The position numbers and the translations under genes were made by a program. Below are positions 23,929-36,910 of a DNA stretch of 64,000 nucleotides, piece by piece. Location of the stretch: assembly GCF_039654945.1 (NCBI RefSeq), contig NW_027361695.1:16182001-16246000 (forward strand), in the 5' to 3' direction. Position 1 is the first letter of the stretch; every line of letters starts with the position of its first letter. The stretch is from Dendrobates tinctorius (Eukaryota). The notes under the pieces are model-generated. The model was not told the DNA's origin and ran no database searches. It worked only from the letters and a program-made list of their open reading frames with translations.

Positions 23929-26574
23929 ATGCCACCCAAGCCAAGAACCAGGAGCAGGAGAAGGCAGCAGACATCTGCAGCAGCAGCACCATCAGCACCA
24001 CCCCAAATGGAGCAGCATGCTGAACAACGGGAGGGGAGACCAGCAGCAGATGAGAGACGGTAATTATCAAATCCCCCATTCCTCCAAACTAGGGCTATGG
24101 AATATCAAGATATTCATTGGCCCTTTGTTTCTCTTTATTCAACAGCCGCCCAATAGATGCAGCAGCAGCAGCAGCAGCAGCAATGGCAGCAGCAGAAACA
24201 CCACCCACAGCCATGGAGTCTGGCCATGAGGAAGACAGCACATCTTCTGGGAGCCCTCCCTCGCATCGTCAGCGTTTGACGGTAAGTTTCTATTTCCAAA
24301 ATCCATCATCTCTGTAATATATGTGTATTCATTGCCTTTTATTTCAAAACAGGAATTACAAGATGAAGAGGAGCTCCCAGAAGAAGAAGGAAGGGGTGGA
24401 CAGACACTTGGAGTGGGCTCACAATTGGTAAGTTTTTTGCATCAAACGCAGAAACACAACATCACACTACACACAACACATAGAAAACAATGTTCTGCAG
24501 ACCACACACAGCAAACAAATGCCTACATCCAAAGACATAACATTTTTTGTTTTCTTCTCTAGTCTTCCCAATCTGGTGCTCGGCCAAGAGGTCCTCGCAG
24601 TGCCTCCCAGGGTCGTCGGCGACAGCAACGCGGCGGTCACCAGCGTGTAAGTATAAATATTTTTGCTTTGTTTTTTTTGCACTTTTTATTTCATTTCTTT
24701 TGTGGAGGCTAATTATGTTATTTTTGTCTTTTTCTTTAACAGCCTTCACAGCGTGCTCCCGACTCTGACGGTGAGGATGGAGGGATTGATGTCGACCGCC
24801 TCATCGATCTCGTCAGAGAAAGGGAGCCGCTCTGGAATATGGCTGACCGACGCCACGCTGACCTGATCGTTACCCGACGACTCTGGGAGGAAATCTGTTC
24901 GCTCCTTGTGGACCGCTGGGAGGACCTCGAAGCTCGGGCACAGATTAAAGAGCGTAAGTATATACAGTACCGGTTGCTTGATTTAAACCTGTGTTTCCCG
25001 AACTCCAGTCCTCGTGGTCCCCACGGATCATGTGTTCAGGATTTCTATTTACTTTGGAAATCCGGAAAACATGACCCCTGGGGACCATGAGGACTGGAGT
25101 TTGGGAAACACTGATGTTGTATACTAACCACTTTGTCCTTTCTCGTTTCAGGGGAGAGAATTGTGAAGCGGTGGCGGTCTGTGAGGGATCGTTTCAAGAA
25201 GGAGTTCAATAAAGAGATGCGGGCCCCGAGTGGATCTGGAGGACGCAGGAGCAAGTACAAGTACGCACGAGCCCTGTCGTTCCTCCGGGAGACAATGCTC
25301 ACCAGAAGGTAAATATTACACACCACATGTGACAAAAAAATGTTTAGATGTAACTTTTTTTTTTTCAGCCAGGGCCATACCATGTCACTATTTTAATTGT
25401 TTTTTTTTTCTCTTTATTCCACAGCACGGTGAGCAGCACTCGGGAGCCTGCACGATTGGACCCTTCTGAGGCGATCCCTGAGGAGACAGGCACCGAGGGA
25501 GACTTCGACCGCCCCGGTACATCTGCACCTTCCCAGCCTTCCCACACATTCGACCCATCAGTCCCATCCACCAGCACAGGAGCATCGTGGCCGCCTACAT
25601 TACATGAAGCTGCTGGTGAGGAGATCGCTTTCCCTTTACCCCACCCTTCTGCCCCTGCCACCTCTAGTACACCTGCGGGTACTGGGCGGCAGCGGCAGAG
25701 GGGTCAGGAAAAGACTTATGCGCCAGAGTTCTTGCATCTGAATGCATCTTTCCAGAACTGTCTAAAAGTCTTGTCAGAGCAAATCTCCGCAGGCTATCAG
25801 CAGATCAACTCCAGCATTCTGGAGGTGAAGACACTTCTGCAAACCATGCATTCAGAAGCAAGATCTTCGCCAAACCACACCTTTTTCAGGTTTGTTGTGG
25901 AGCGCATGGAAACTCTCTCTCCTGCCCAGCAGATGCATGTAATGCATTCATGCCACGCTGCTCTCCAGCAAGTTACCTCCCAACCTCTTCCTCCCACCAC
26001 AGTAGTTCCTCCACCTGCACCCCCTCCAGCCACTTTCCATCCTCCCCCTCCTATTACATCTACACCCCCTCCAGCCACTTTCCATCCTCCCCCTCCTATT
26101 ACATACCATCCACCTCCCCAGCACCATCCACCTCCCCAGCACCATCCACCTCCCCAGCACCATCAACCTCCACAGCACCAGCAACCTCCCCAGTACCAGC
26201 AACCTCCCCAGTACCAGCAACTTCCCCAGTACCAGCAACCTCCCCAGTACCAGCAACTTCCCCAGTACCTGCAAACTCCCCAGTACCAGCAACCTCCCCA
26301 GTACCAGACATCTCCCCACTTCCAGCAACCTGCCCCGTACCAGACATCTCCCCACTTCCAGCAACCTGCCCCGTACCAGACATCTCCCCACTTCCAGCAA
26401 CCTGCCCCGTACCAAACTCCTTCCCCATACAACTTGCCATCAACATCATCTGCTCCTACAGTCCCTGCCCAACCCTCCACTCCACCACCCACCACCTCTT
26501 CTGCTTCCCACATGTCCACCCATTCTGTAATTTTTTCCACACCTTCACCTCTAACTGTTCCTTCCCCACCATGA
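23929..26574 (+). CDS. Harbinger MADF (Myb/SANT-like) DNA-binding protein, 7 exons, about 647 aa
   Basis: Exons 23929-24059, 24146-24281, 24353-24427, 24563-24646, 24743-24953, 25152-25308 and 25425-26574, all GT-AG and phase-consistent. MADF motif IDVDRLIDLVREREPLWN..WEEIC..KRWRSVRDRFKKE..KYARALSFL. TATA at about 23890, AATAAA at about 26674. Confidence 0.85.
24989..25113. mobile_element. 125-bp palindromic hAT-type MITE in intron 5 of the MADF gene
   Basis: Inverted ends CTGTGTTTCCCGAACTCCAGTCCTC / GAGGACTGGAGTTTGGGAAACACTG; no intact TSD. Confidence 0.65.
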
Positions 26575-27160
26575 TCCCAGTCCTCTCTCCACACTCCCAG
26601 TGTCGAAGTGTCCCGCAGCCCCTACAGCAGTATTTCCACCACACACTACGCAGATTTATAATGTGTGTATTTAAATAAAAATGACCAGTTTTATGGTTTC
26701 AGTTTTATGGTTTCAAAGCTTTATTAAACAAGTTTATTAAAATTTTAAAAAAGTTTACTAAAAAAAACATTTTTCAATAAAAGTTAAATTATTTTACACT
26801 GGTTGTCTGTCATTTCTTTCTGCGGCGAAAAAGGTTAAATACAGGGTATTTAAAAGGTGAAATGGTATTCAAAACTAGGTATATAACTGTGGGTAAATTT
26901 TAGCTTTTTGCCACAGTTGTGTTCCTGGTTGTGTTTGAAGCAAAGTATTTCACCTAAAAAGTTGTGTTTATTGTTGGTGATTTCCTAACAATGTACACAA
27001 CTTTTGTTAAAAGGTGAAATTCTTTGCATAAAACACAACCAGGTACACACCTGTGGCCTAAAGCTAAAAATAGAGACCATGACAAGATAGCCAACTTTGG
27101 TTGGCAAAGGTATATACTGTTGGTACAGAAGGTACACAAGTTTGGTTGGGCACAAATCTT

Positions 27161-28543
27161 TCACACTCTGTCATCCTGCCAGTGTACTCTGCCTTGAGGT
27201 GACATAAAGTATAGTGCAAAATTGTCCCTCATTACTGAAACCGTCACAGAACTTCTAGTGGTAATGTCATGGTAATCTTGCAAGGTGGTTTCTTCAGAGG
27301 TGTCCTCAATGGAAATGGGTTCCTTGCAGATAACAAAAATGTGGAGTACCACGCACGCTTTGATCACCTCGTCCACAGTTTCTGTCTTGAGGTTGATCGC
27401 AGTCAATAGGACCCGCCATTTGGCTGTCAGAATACCAAAGGTACATTCAACCATTCTTCTTGCTCTTGTGAGGCGGTAATTAAAAATGCGTTTTGGTCTT
27501 GTCAATCCTCTGCTAGAGTACGGTTTCAAAAGGTGTTCTGACAGCTGGAAGGCTTCATCCCCTACACAGACAAATGGCATAGGTGGACCAGATGTTTGCG
27601 GCAGCGGTCTAGGTGGTGGGAAATGGAAGGTGTTTCCATACAGTTTACGCCCCATGGCAGACAGTTTGAAAACTTGAGAGTCATTGGAGCGGCCATAGGC
27701 CCCAATATCAACCGCAATAAATTTGTATTCCGCGTCAGCGATGGCCATGAGGACAATTGAAAAATATTTCTTGTAATTGAAATATTCCGATCCCGATCCA
27801 GCTGGCTTTACAATGCGGATATGTTTCCCGTCCACAGCGCCCAAGCAGTTGGGAAACTGACATATCTGTTGAAACTTGTCAGCAATTTCAATCCACCTCT
27901 CTGTTGTGGGCTCTGGTAAAAACTCTTCAGCTAAGGAGTCCCACAGTGCACGGCATGTGTACTTCACTATTCCAGATATGGTGGAAATCCCGAGTCTGTA
28001 CTGGAAATGCAGTGACGAAAGGGATTCTCCAGTTGCAAGAAATCTGTGGGGAATTAAAAAACAATAAATTAGTTTTAAATCACAGCATTACATACCAAAA
28101 CTGAGCTATAACACTTGGAGATACAAACTACCACCAACAAGATTGCAGTGAAAGTGTGCTCTGATGCGATCACATCCAATAAATGTGGCTTACCTTAAAG
28201 TCACCATCAGACGCTCTGTGGGTGAAACAGAGAAGCGGCAATAGGTGTCCGCTTTTCTTATGAGGTGTGCAATGCGCTCCACCAAGTAATCAAAATTCTC
28301 CATTTTCATCCTAACATATCCAAAAAATTTATCCGGGTTTCGTCGAAGGTCCATGCAGAGTGTAGAATAGACCCCACGCGTCATTCTCTTGGCTGTGACG
28401 GGGTGGATCCACAAACGTCGTCTACGATGCCTGATGCGCTGCTGTCTCGCTCTCTCCTTCTCCAGAACAATCACCCTCAAACGATTCGCCTCCGCTATAA
28501 AATCCGCCAAATTCTTCAAAATATTTCCAATGACAACATCCAT
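27161..28543 (-). CDS. Harbinger DDE transposase (HARBI1-like), 2 exons, about 410 aa
   Basis: Exons 28543-28194 and 28043-27161 join as VTLR/FLATG. Catalytic motifs GAVDGKH, VGDEAF and RRMVECTFG; open throughout; TATA-like element at about 28623. Confidence 0.92.
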
Positions 28544-29090
28544 CTTCGCCAATAACTTGCTCTTCTCTCCAACCTGCACTTTCTCCTCTACAACCTGTCA
28601 AAGAAGGGCTGTAGGAACATGCTATATATAGTTTTCCAGTAGCCAATCCCGTTCGGAAGGCCACAAGGGTCAATTTTAAAAACCGGATCCGGCGTAATCC
28701 GTCGAAAAACGGATAGAAAAACGGATGAACCGGATGAGACGGATCCGGTTTTGTCTGTCAAGAAAAAGACGGATCCGGCAGAAAAACGGATCCGTCACAT
28801 CCGGTTTTACTAAACATTTGCCGGATCCGGCGTTCCGGCACGACGCCGGATCGCGCCTGACACCGAAAGCCTGAAGTGTGAAAGTAGCCTAAGTGTGTGT
28901 GGAACTGCCCAAAATGCCATTATCGTGCATGTTTTTTTGTCCATGTGACCATTTTGCCAATCTCTTTGACATCTGTTAATAAATAAATGAAGGGCAAATA
29001 CAATTTACCATCTTTTTAATTGTAATGTGTGCGAAAAAATCTCATGACAGATGGATGGTAACCTGTGTGCGAACTGTTTTTTACACACCT

Positions 29091-29092
<2 letters not shown>

Positions 29093-29123
<31 letters not shown>

Positions 29124-30085
29124 CTTTATTTATATAGCACCAACATATTCCTCAGCGCTTTACAGTTTAACAGTTTCAAAACACAAGTCATAAGTAACAA
29201 TGTTAACAATACAATAATTAAAGCAAAATAAGACGACCCTGCTCGTGAGAGCTTACAATCTACAATGAGGTGGGGAGATACAGAGTACAGGTGTGTATTT
29301 ACAATGATGTATTTACAATGAAGGTCCAGCCATCTTGAGGGAGTGAAGGATGGATGGAGATAGTGAATGGGCTACACATGCACCCTTACACATAGAATGA
29401 CTTTGATTAGTGAACGTGATAGGCCGCTCTGAACAAATGCATTTTGAGGGAGCGCCTAAAACTGTGCAAATTGTGGATAGTCCTAATTTCTTGGGGTAGA
29501 GCATTCCAGAAGATTGGCGCAGCATGGGAGAAGTCTTGGAGTCGGGAGTGGGAGGTGCGGATTAGTGCAGAGGTTAGTCGAAAGTCGTTTGCGGAGCACA
29601 GCGGTCGGTTAGGCCGATAGACAGAAATGAGGGAGGAGATTAGGAGGATGCCACACTGTGGAGAGCTTTGAGGGTTAGAACAAATACTTTGAATTGGATA
29701 CTATAATGAATGGGCAGCCAGTGTAATGATTGGCGAAGCGTAGACGCGTCCAAGTACCGATTAGCTAGATGGATAACCCTGGCCGCTGTATTAAGTATGG
29801 ACTGGAGAGGGGATAGTCGAGTAACGGGGAGGCCAATTAATAGAGCATTGCAGTAGTTCAGGCGGGAGCGGATCAATGCGACAATGAGGGGTTTTGTTGT
29901 TTCCATGGTGAGAAAAGGGCATATTTTGGAGATGTTCTTTAGGTGTAAGCGGCAAGAGCGGGCAAGAGATTGTATATGGGATGTAAAGGAGAGATTGGTG
30001 TCAAACATAATTCCCAGACAACGTGCCTGCTGCCGGGATGTTATTATGGTGCCTCCCATGGAGAGGGAAATGTCAGATTTAGGGA
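29093..30085 (-). mobile_element. 5'-truncated L2 LINE fragment
   Basis: ORF 29640..30059 (ARCLGIMFD..SRLNYCN..LHWLPI); (AAT)n tail at 29093-29122. Confidence 0.88.
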
Positions 30086-33000
30086 CTTATTTATTGACTT
30101 ATAATGGGTGAGCCTGACCCAGAATATGGATCAATGTAATGTATTTTGTGATTTTATACACACAGACAATCGCTCCATGTGTAAAAACATTCATGTGAAC
30201 TACCACATTGATTTGCATTGGTCCTTGCTCTGTCTGTAACCTAACCATTTTGCATCCAACAACACACGGACCCTGAAGCAGTGTGATAGTGGTGTATTGA
30301 TCCAAAATGGCAATGTAAAAAAAATTATGATGCAAATCCTCCTATCCTCCTACCTAAAAGTTGAGATCAGAGAGAAAGCTAAATAACTGCCAGGACTTTT
30401 AGGGCTATTCAGACATCACTTTTTCAAGTGCATGTTCTATTCGTACTTTTCACGAATCGAACTCACAGCTATTATAGTCTATGAGGATGTTTATATGTAC
30501 ATGTATATTTGTGGACCAATTGGTCCACACTAAAACACAGAGACGTGTTTAATTTTGATCCATATCATGGATCAAGCTCGCCAATGCAAGTCTACAGGTT
30601 CACTAATTCAATCCTTAACAAAAGTTCACATTTTTTGGAAGATTTATATACCACTATAATGTAACACTAACCACGTTAAACTGTATGGATGAAAATTGAA
30701 TCCATAAAAAAACATTTTGAACATTTTTTGGAGCTTTATATACCACTGTAATGTGACACTAAGAACGATAAACTGTATGGATGGCAACATAGTCAATTTT
30801 TTCCCCCAAAAAAAGAATGTGGTTGTGCGCAGCAGCAATATATTTAGGAACGGACTGCAAAGCCCTAAGCCCTGCCTAGAAGCTATGTTCTGCCACTCTC
30901 CCTGCTCCTGCAAATGTCCCTAGACTAACTGCAGGATGTATCTGATACAAACGGCAAAACACAGGATTAGTCCTTCAAAGGATTGTTGGTGTGATTGTTC
31001 TGCATCAGCACCAGTATCAACACTAGAGGACTCTCTCCCTTCAATCAGAATTGTCCTTGAGCTGTGCAATGGCATCAGTGAGCTGAGCGTGACTGCATTT
31101 GCCCTTTTATAACCTTTGATGAGGTAATGCGCCCAGCCAATCACAGTAATGCCACTACCAGGATGGCTACGAGATTTCAGTGACTGGCAGGCAATCCCGG
31201 CAAGCTTATTGGCTGTGTAACTGGTGCCAAACATGCAGGGATTCGAGCTTCAAATTCGAACACCAGACAATGCTCATCAAGTGTCGAGCACATCCGAGCA
31301 CCCAGGTACTCCTGTGATATCTGAGCATCACCAAGCACGTTCGCTCATCCCTAAATATTATGCAATGTTTGGCATGAGTATTGGTAGAAACAATCAATTG
31401 GCAGAGACCATGACTTTTGATATGATGGATCATACTTGTGGCGCCGTCATGACACTTAGAATACGTCTCAAATATCACTGTAAACAGTTCGTTCTTGGCT
31501 GGAATAGAACATTCTGTGCTTTCCCATGATTTCTGAGAAAAAGGGGGTTTTGTACAGCCAAAAAATCCCATCTGGTCAAGGTCAACTATTGCTCAGTTTC
31601 AGGAGATCAAGGATGCTTATGGAGATATAGATGATAACCACAGAAAAACAAATATACGCTGAAAAACAGAGTTTAACCATTTCTTTAACAACACGGAAAT
31701 GTGATAAGCCATATAGACAATGATAGGAATGAGGTCTGTCCATGAAAAACACGGATAGAATGCATATATGAAAAACGGATATCTGAATGAGCTCTTAGAG
31801 AAAATGTCATCGCCGATTACGGTAAATGCCGACTAGCACTGACAAGCCAAAGTCAGTCTCATGTGAGCAACTGAGTGGAAACAATTGTTGGAAGCAGGCA
31901 CCCAATATTGTCCTCCAGAGCTCAGAATCATAAATAACCCACACTACTACCAATGTTGCACTGCCGAAGCCGTGCCAGATATCCCATGTTAGGGAATTAT
32001 ATTTATCCTTCAATTTTTACAGAGCAATAATAATAATAATAGCTGCATCTAAAATCAGAGAATAATATCTGATTCATATGAATGGGGTGAGGAAAACCAA
32101 ATTCTCAAGTATAGGATGTAAATTTAATGAAATCGGAAAGATATGAGCATACCCTAAGGCTGGAACACTCAGGAACTGCAGGAGGCACAGGTGTCGCAGC
32201 CCTAATATGGCTGCTAAAATGCGTCCATAGTAAACCAACCTGTAAGTAGGTCATTGCTAGACTTTACAGATTAATGGTTTAACTACTAGGTTTCAACTTT
32301 CAAAGTTGCTTGGTTTTGAAGCTTTAGATGATTTATTCCCCCTTTATTTTACCATTGTAAATTTTTTAAAGTTGAAGAAACATGGCGGCCAGGCTGTCTC
32401 TGAATTGGACAACGATTTTCCTTTACACGCATATTTCATATTCTTTTACCAAACTCTTTTAAAAGTCGTTAACTAACTGGGAAATCTTTTCAAATCAGTC
32501 TTTAAAACATATTTTCATGCAAGGCAAACTGAGCATTGAAGACAAACGGTGTTGAGATGCAGACAGTTTATCCGGATCGTTGCAGCAGCGTGAAACACCT
32601 GTGTGCTCCAGACAGACGGGAGCTTTGAAGATGAAATTTGGCAGGGTCATAATGGAAAAACTCAGATGCATTATTTCAAAGTGGAAAGGAACATAGCGTT
32701 AGGAAACTTTTCCTTCGCTTATGGAAGAGCTGATCTACAAAAGCAACTAATTTTTCGAAAGCTTTAATCTGATGTCATATACTTTAATAATTAAAGGAAA
32801 TGAGCAATTTTATGTCTGGCTTTATGTCTTTTTTCACATTTTTACAAATAGACGTAGCAGATCTCAGTCTTTAATTTATTAGCTTTTCTAAGGCCACAGT
32901 TGCTTATTTTTCATTTTATTACATTTGGACAAATGGCAATTTCATGTCACTCTGGGTCAGGAGAAATTAACAAAAAATCCTATGGGCAATTTGATGGCAG

Positions 33001-34782
33001 CTCCAGCATATGATACAAAAGCCTGTGGGCAAGAGGGAAGGCAGCCGCCAACTGTTAAACGTTGCTGCCTTTTTATCTAATTTTATTAAACTCCAAAATC
33101 TGGTCACAATTTATTTAATAATGTCTCTTGCGTATGTCTTGTGTATACCTGTTTTAGCTGATGTGCCATTCATGAGATATCTGATTTCCTCTAAATCTAT
33201 AAACGCTAATATAATTCCAATAACGCAGACTACACTTCCCGTGATGTCTTTGTAGAAGGGAAAAATCTAATCACATTTAACTTTCTTTGCACCTGGTCCT
33301 ATTTAAGGGCAACATTGATAGAGCAGTGGCATGTAAGTAATGTTCTTAGACTTGCAATGGAGAATCACAATGTATTCTATGTAGTATAGCTGTCTCCTGC
33401 CTTCCCTGTCTTCTGCTTGCAATTGGTTTCTGCCTGTCAGCTCTTACAAGCAGGAGTCAGGGAAAAGGACTGAGATTTTGCTTTTACAGGATACACTGAA
33501 GATTCTGTACACAGCAATCACAAATACTATAGACAGTCAACGTGAGTCACTCTATTATAACTCACTCTAATCACTGTATAAACTCACCTACAATATTATT
33601 GCTCTCATTTATAAAGCAGAACTGATATCTACAGTTACGTAAGAAAGATTCAAAGAATCAAGGAAGGTAGAACTCCGTGGAGAGGTGTCTTAAATCTGCC
33701 AAAATGAATTAAGAAGATGATGTCATCTGGTCTCTCATTCTAGATGTAAAAGCTATTGAGTGAGACATATTGTTTCTTACTGGACACTCTTGTTGACCAC
33801 AAGTTGCCACTGATTGGCCTTATTAATGGAAGTATAATGGTGTGTCTGAGACATAGAGCTTGCACTCTAGTCACTGGGAAATGTTTTATTATTGCAAAAT
33901 TAATCTGATGGCGTGCACAGACAGAAAAGCACATCTGTACAAGAACAATATATGGGCTCATTCCAGGACAGTAGTTCATCATAATGCAAAATTCCACCGA
34001 TTAAGGCCCCCTTTATGTCTTGGGCCCCTGTGTGGCTGCACGGGTTGCACCACTGGTATGTGATGGATAACAAATGTGAAGCATTGCTCAGAAATATGAT
34101 GTCCAATCCATGTACAATGTGAAGGGAGGTTAACGCCTGAGTGATACAATTCTCGGCTAGGCTGATGTGGGCAAAGAAGAAGAAAGGAGCAGACATCAGC
34201 AGCAGGACAAGGCCTTCATGTTGGTTTTAGAATGGCTGTGTTTATGGCAGTTTGCTAAGCAGCTCCAGGCTGTAACTTTGATGTGTCTGTGAGTCACCAG
34301 GGTAACTTATCAAGAAGAATACAATTTCCACAAAGAAAAAGGCAACACGATGACAGCGATCTTTCAAGCATACACATATATAAACCTAATGTATTTATAT
34401 TCCCCCTGTACTTTGAAACTAGACAAACTAAAACATCAAAGGCAGCGACAAATTTAAACAGCACTAAAAAAGAAAGAACACATGGTCATTTCAAACCAAT
34501 ACACCACTACAAATACAAGGGCTGCAGGAACAAAGAAGTGAGAATTTTGCCTTCTGATATTTATTTGTGAGTGATAAGGATGAATATTTCCCAAAAATTT
34601 AAGATAATGTCAATCAGAGCTGTAGCTAGGCTTCAATTCACCCAGGGAAAAGGTTCAGTGTGCTGCCCAATACGACCAGGTAAAAAATGCGAAAGATGTA
34701 GCCAAGCGTATATTGACGGATACTGCGCCATCTGCATAGCTTGTCACAGGTTATTTCACTTATAAGGATTAAGATAATTTAA

Positions 34783-35207
34783 ATTGGCTGTTCGGACTAA
34801 AATGAAAACTTTGCAGTCACTCGGTGTGACTGCAGACCTTTGAATCCCCCCACTGTGAGCTAGGAGGATTCGCTGGTTTCTGAACTGGGAACGGTGGTGA
34901 TGTCTACGATTTGAATTCTCCCGGGAAGATGCTAGTGGACACGGCTTTGCTCCTTACAAATGTATGGAGCAAGGGCACAGCTGTTTAGTGAGCACAGCCA
35001 TCTAGTGGGTGCGGCCTCATTTAATACACATGCATGGAGCAAGACCATGCCAACTAGACAGCTTCTGCCCGGAAGTATGCGTATCATATACATCACCCCC
35101 GTTTCTGACTCAGAAACCGGCAAATCCTCCTTTAATCTGGGGGGATTCAAAAGTCTGCAGTCACGCCGAGTGACTACAGGCTTTTCATTTTAGACCGGAC
35201 AACCCCT
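34783..35207. mobile_element. T2/Kolobok-type MITE
   Basis: TTAA-flanked; inverted arms TGCAGTCACTCGGTGTGACTGCAGAC / GTCTGCAGTCACGCCGAGTGACTACA. Confidence 0.7.
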
Positions 35208-36363
35208 TTAACATTGCACAAAACAATGATCAATGTCAGGTTGAAAATCAAATTCAAGCTTTTGCACCATGATATCCTGTTTGTTATTATTCTCTGGTGG
35301 GTCTTTGGACCCCACAGCACAAAAAACATAAGATGTAATAAAAACCTTATACTCCCCTAACTGCTCACCTGTCTGATTCTCTCTTCTCAACCCCGTCATG
35401 AGCTGCATCTCACTGTAAGTCATGATTTCAAGCCACAAAAAGACCTCAGAAATCACTGTGCATTGCACGTCGTCGTGTAACGGGCATGCAACATGCAGTG
35501 ACCTCTGAGGCCTAGTCATAGAGTGAATAGGCAGAAAAAAGAGGCCCTGAGGACTGGATGGCAGATTCTGCCCACCTTACCATCCTTTTCTTGCAGCTGC
35601 TGTATCTTCAGCCTATGCGTATATCCTAATCATCTTCCCCTTTGATTTATCACTCCTTCTGTTTCCTTGATTTCCACTCTGTGGTTTTGTAAATGCTTTT
35701 GTATGATTGCAGCTTTCTTTTATCCCTATCTGTTTCCCCTGTCTGTCAGGTTTGTGCTATCCAATACACTGCTGTCTCACACCTCCCTGAGTGAGGAAAC
35801 AGTTCAGTGTGCATATAGAAGCATACAGTAGCAAGATACAAGGCCCCAGCATCTCCACCATCAGGTGTAATCTGGGGAACAGGGATAGCCTAGGGTCCCC
35901 CTAGCTTGAGGGACAGGAAAGGAACCCATTCCCCTAGGAAATCCTGCTACAGTATTGTGACAGTATTGCTGTAAAGCAACAGAATACAGCACAGAAGAAG
36001 CATATCTATAGTGGGAAAAGGGGTTGCAATCCCCCTCATTGTGCCTAAGGTGAGCCCAAAACTTGGTATCAAATTATCCCTCTTGGATATCTAAGATTGG
36101 GTCTACAAGCTTTAAGTTAAACGATTACATGCAAAGTCTCATGCAAGGAAGAATAACATAACACTCTCCAAGCAAATCTGATGGCGACATAATGGACACA
36201 GTACGATTGTTGGAGAAGGTAGAGGATTGGGTTGGGCGTTGCTTGATCGTGGAACAGTAATAAATAGAACTATTAGTCCTGTTATGACAGATAGACTAAC
36301 TTGAGAAAATGGAAACGGTCTTAGGAGCGCAGGAAACAGACTCAGACAAGAGATGGGGTTAAA

Positions 36364-36404
36364 CCACAACGCGTTTCGATGGAGGATCCGTCTTCATCAG
36401 GTGG
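36364..36404 (-). ncRNA. Minimal hammerhead ribozyme motif of Penelope-like element type
   Basis: Minus strand reads CCAC-CTGATGA-AGACGGATCCTCCATC-GAAA-CGCGTT-GTGG: both core boxes, stem I CCAC/GTGG and a palindromic ACGCGT stem III. Confidence 0.6.
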
Positions 36405-36689
36405 AAGTTTGCTCCTATCCTCCATTGGAGGTTTTCGGCTGGAGCTGCGGTGGAGACCTGACATTTTTGTCTGCCCCTGGGTTGCTTCCTAAGCGCTCCT
36501 CTATGACCGCTTATCACTGACTTTTATTTAGATAGACTAACTTGTCACATCCTATAGCTACTCCCCTAGCCATTGATGCGGGAGAGGGTATTAGACCACC
36601 ACGTGCTTATACTTCTTCATCAAATCCATGTGGTGTTCACCAGAACTTCCATTGCGGCAAATACTCTTGAAAAGAAGAGAAAGTGAAGC

Positions 36690-36910
36690 TGAGTGGTTAG
36701 CGCTGTTGCTTTACAACATTGAGGTCCTCGGTTAAAATCCCACCAAAGACAACATCTGCAAGGAGTTGGAATGTCTGTCATGTTTGTGTGGATTTCCTCT
36801 GGGTTCTCCGGTTTCCTCCCACAATCCAAAGACATACTGATTGGGGTGTTAGATGGTGAGCACCAATGGGAACCGTGATGATGTCTGTAAACCAATGTGA
36901 GTAAAATAAA
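36690..36910 (+). mobile_element. tRNA-derived V-SINE-like element
   Basis: A/B-box-like head (GAGTGGTTAGCGC..GGTTAAAATCCC), V-domain-like GGATTTCCTCTGGGTTCTCCGGTTTCCTCCCACA, A-rich tail. Confidence 0.7.

Larger units (their letters stand above)
23519..28889. mobile_element. Complete autonomous-type PIF/Harbinger transposon (5,371 bp)
   Basis: TAA TSD at 23516-23518 and 28890-28892; imperfect TIRs of about 45 bp (GGCCTCTTTCACACATCAGG / CCTGAAGTGTGAAAGTAGCC); many CCGGAT(CC) subterminal repeats; two convergent genes. Confidence 0.95.

Noticed and set aside
25797-26678. Overlapping alternative-frame and antisense ORFs
   Set aside because: Shadows of the repetitive last exon of the MADF gene; only the 25429 frame splices in phase.
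27161-28543. Host HARBI1 gene
   Set aside because: It lies inside TIRs and a TSD with its MADF partner, so it is a transposon gene.
32200-34750. AT-rich, apparently unique stretch as a conserved non-coding enhancer
   Set aside because: Only short generic motifs are visible; this cannot be supported without comparative alignment.
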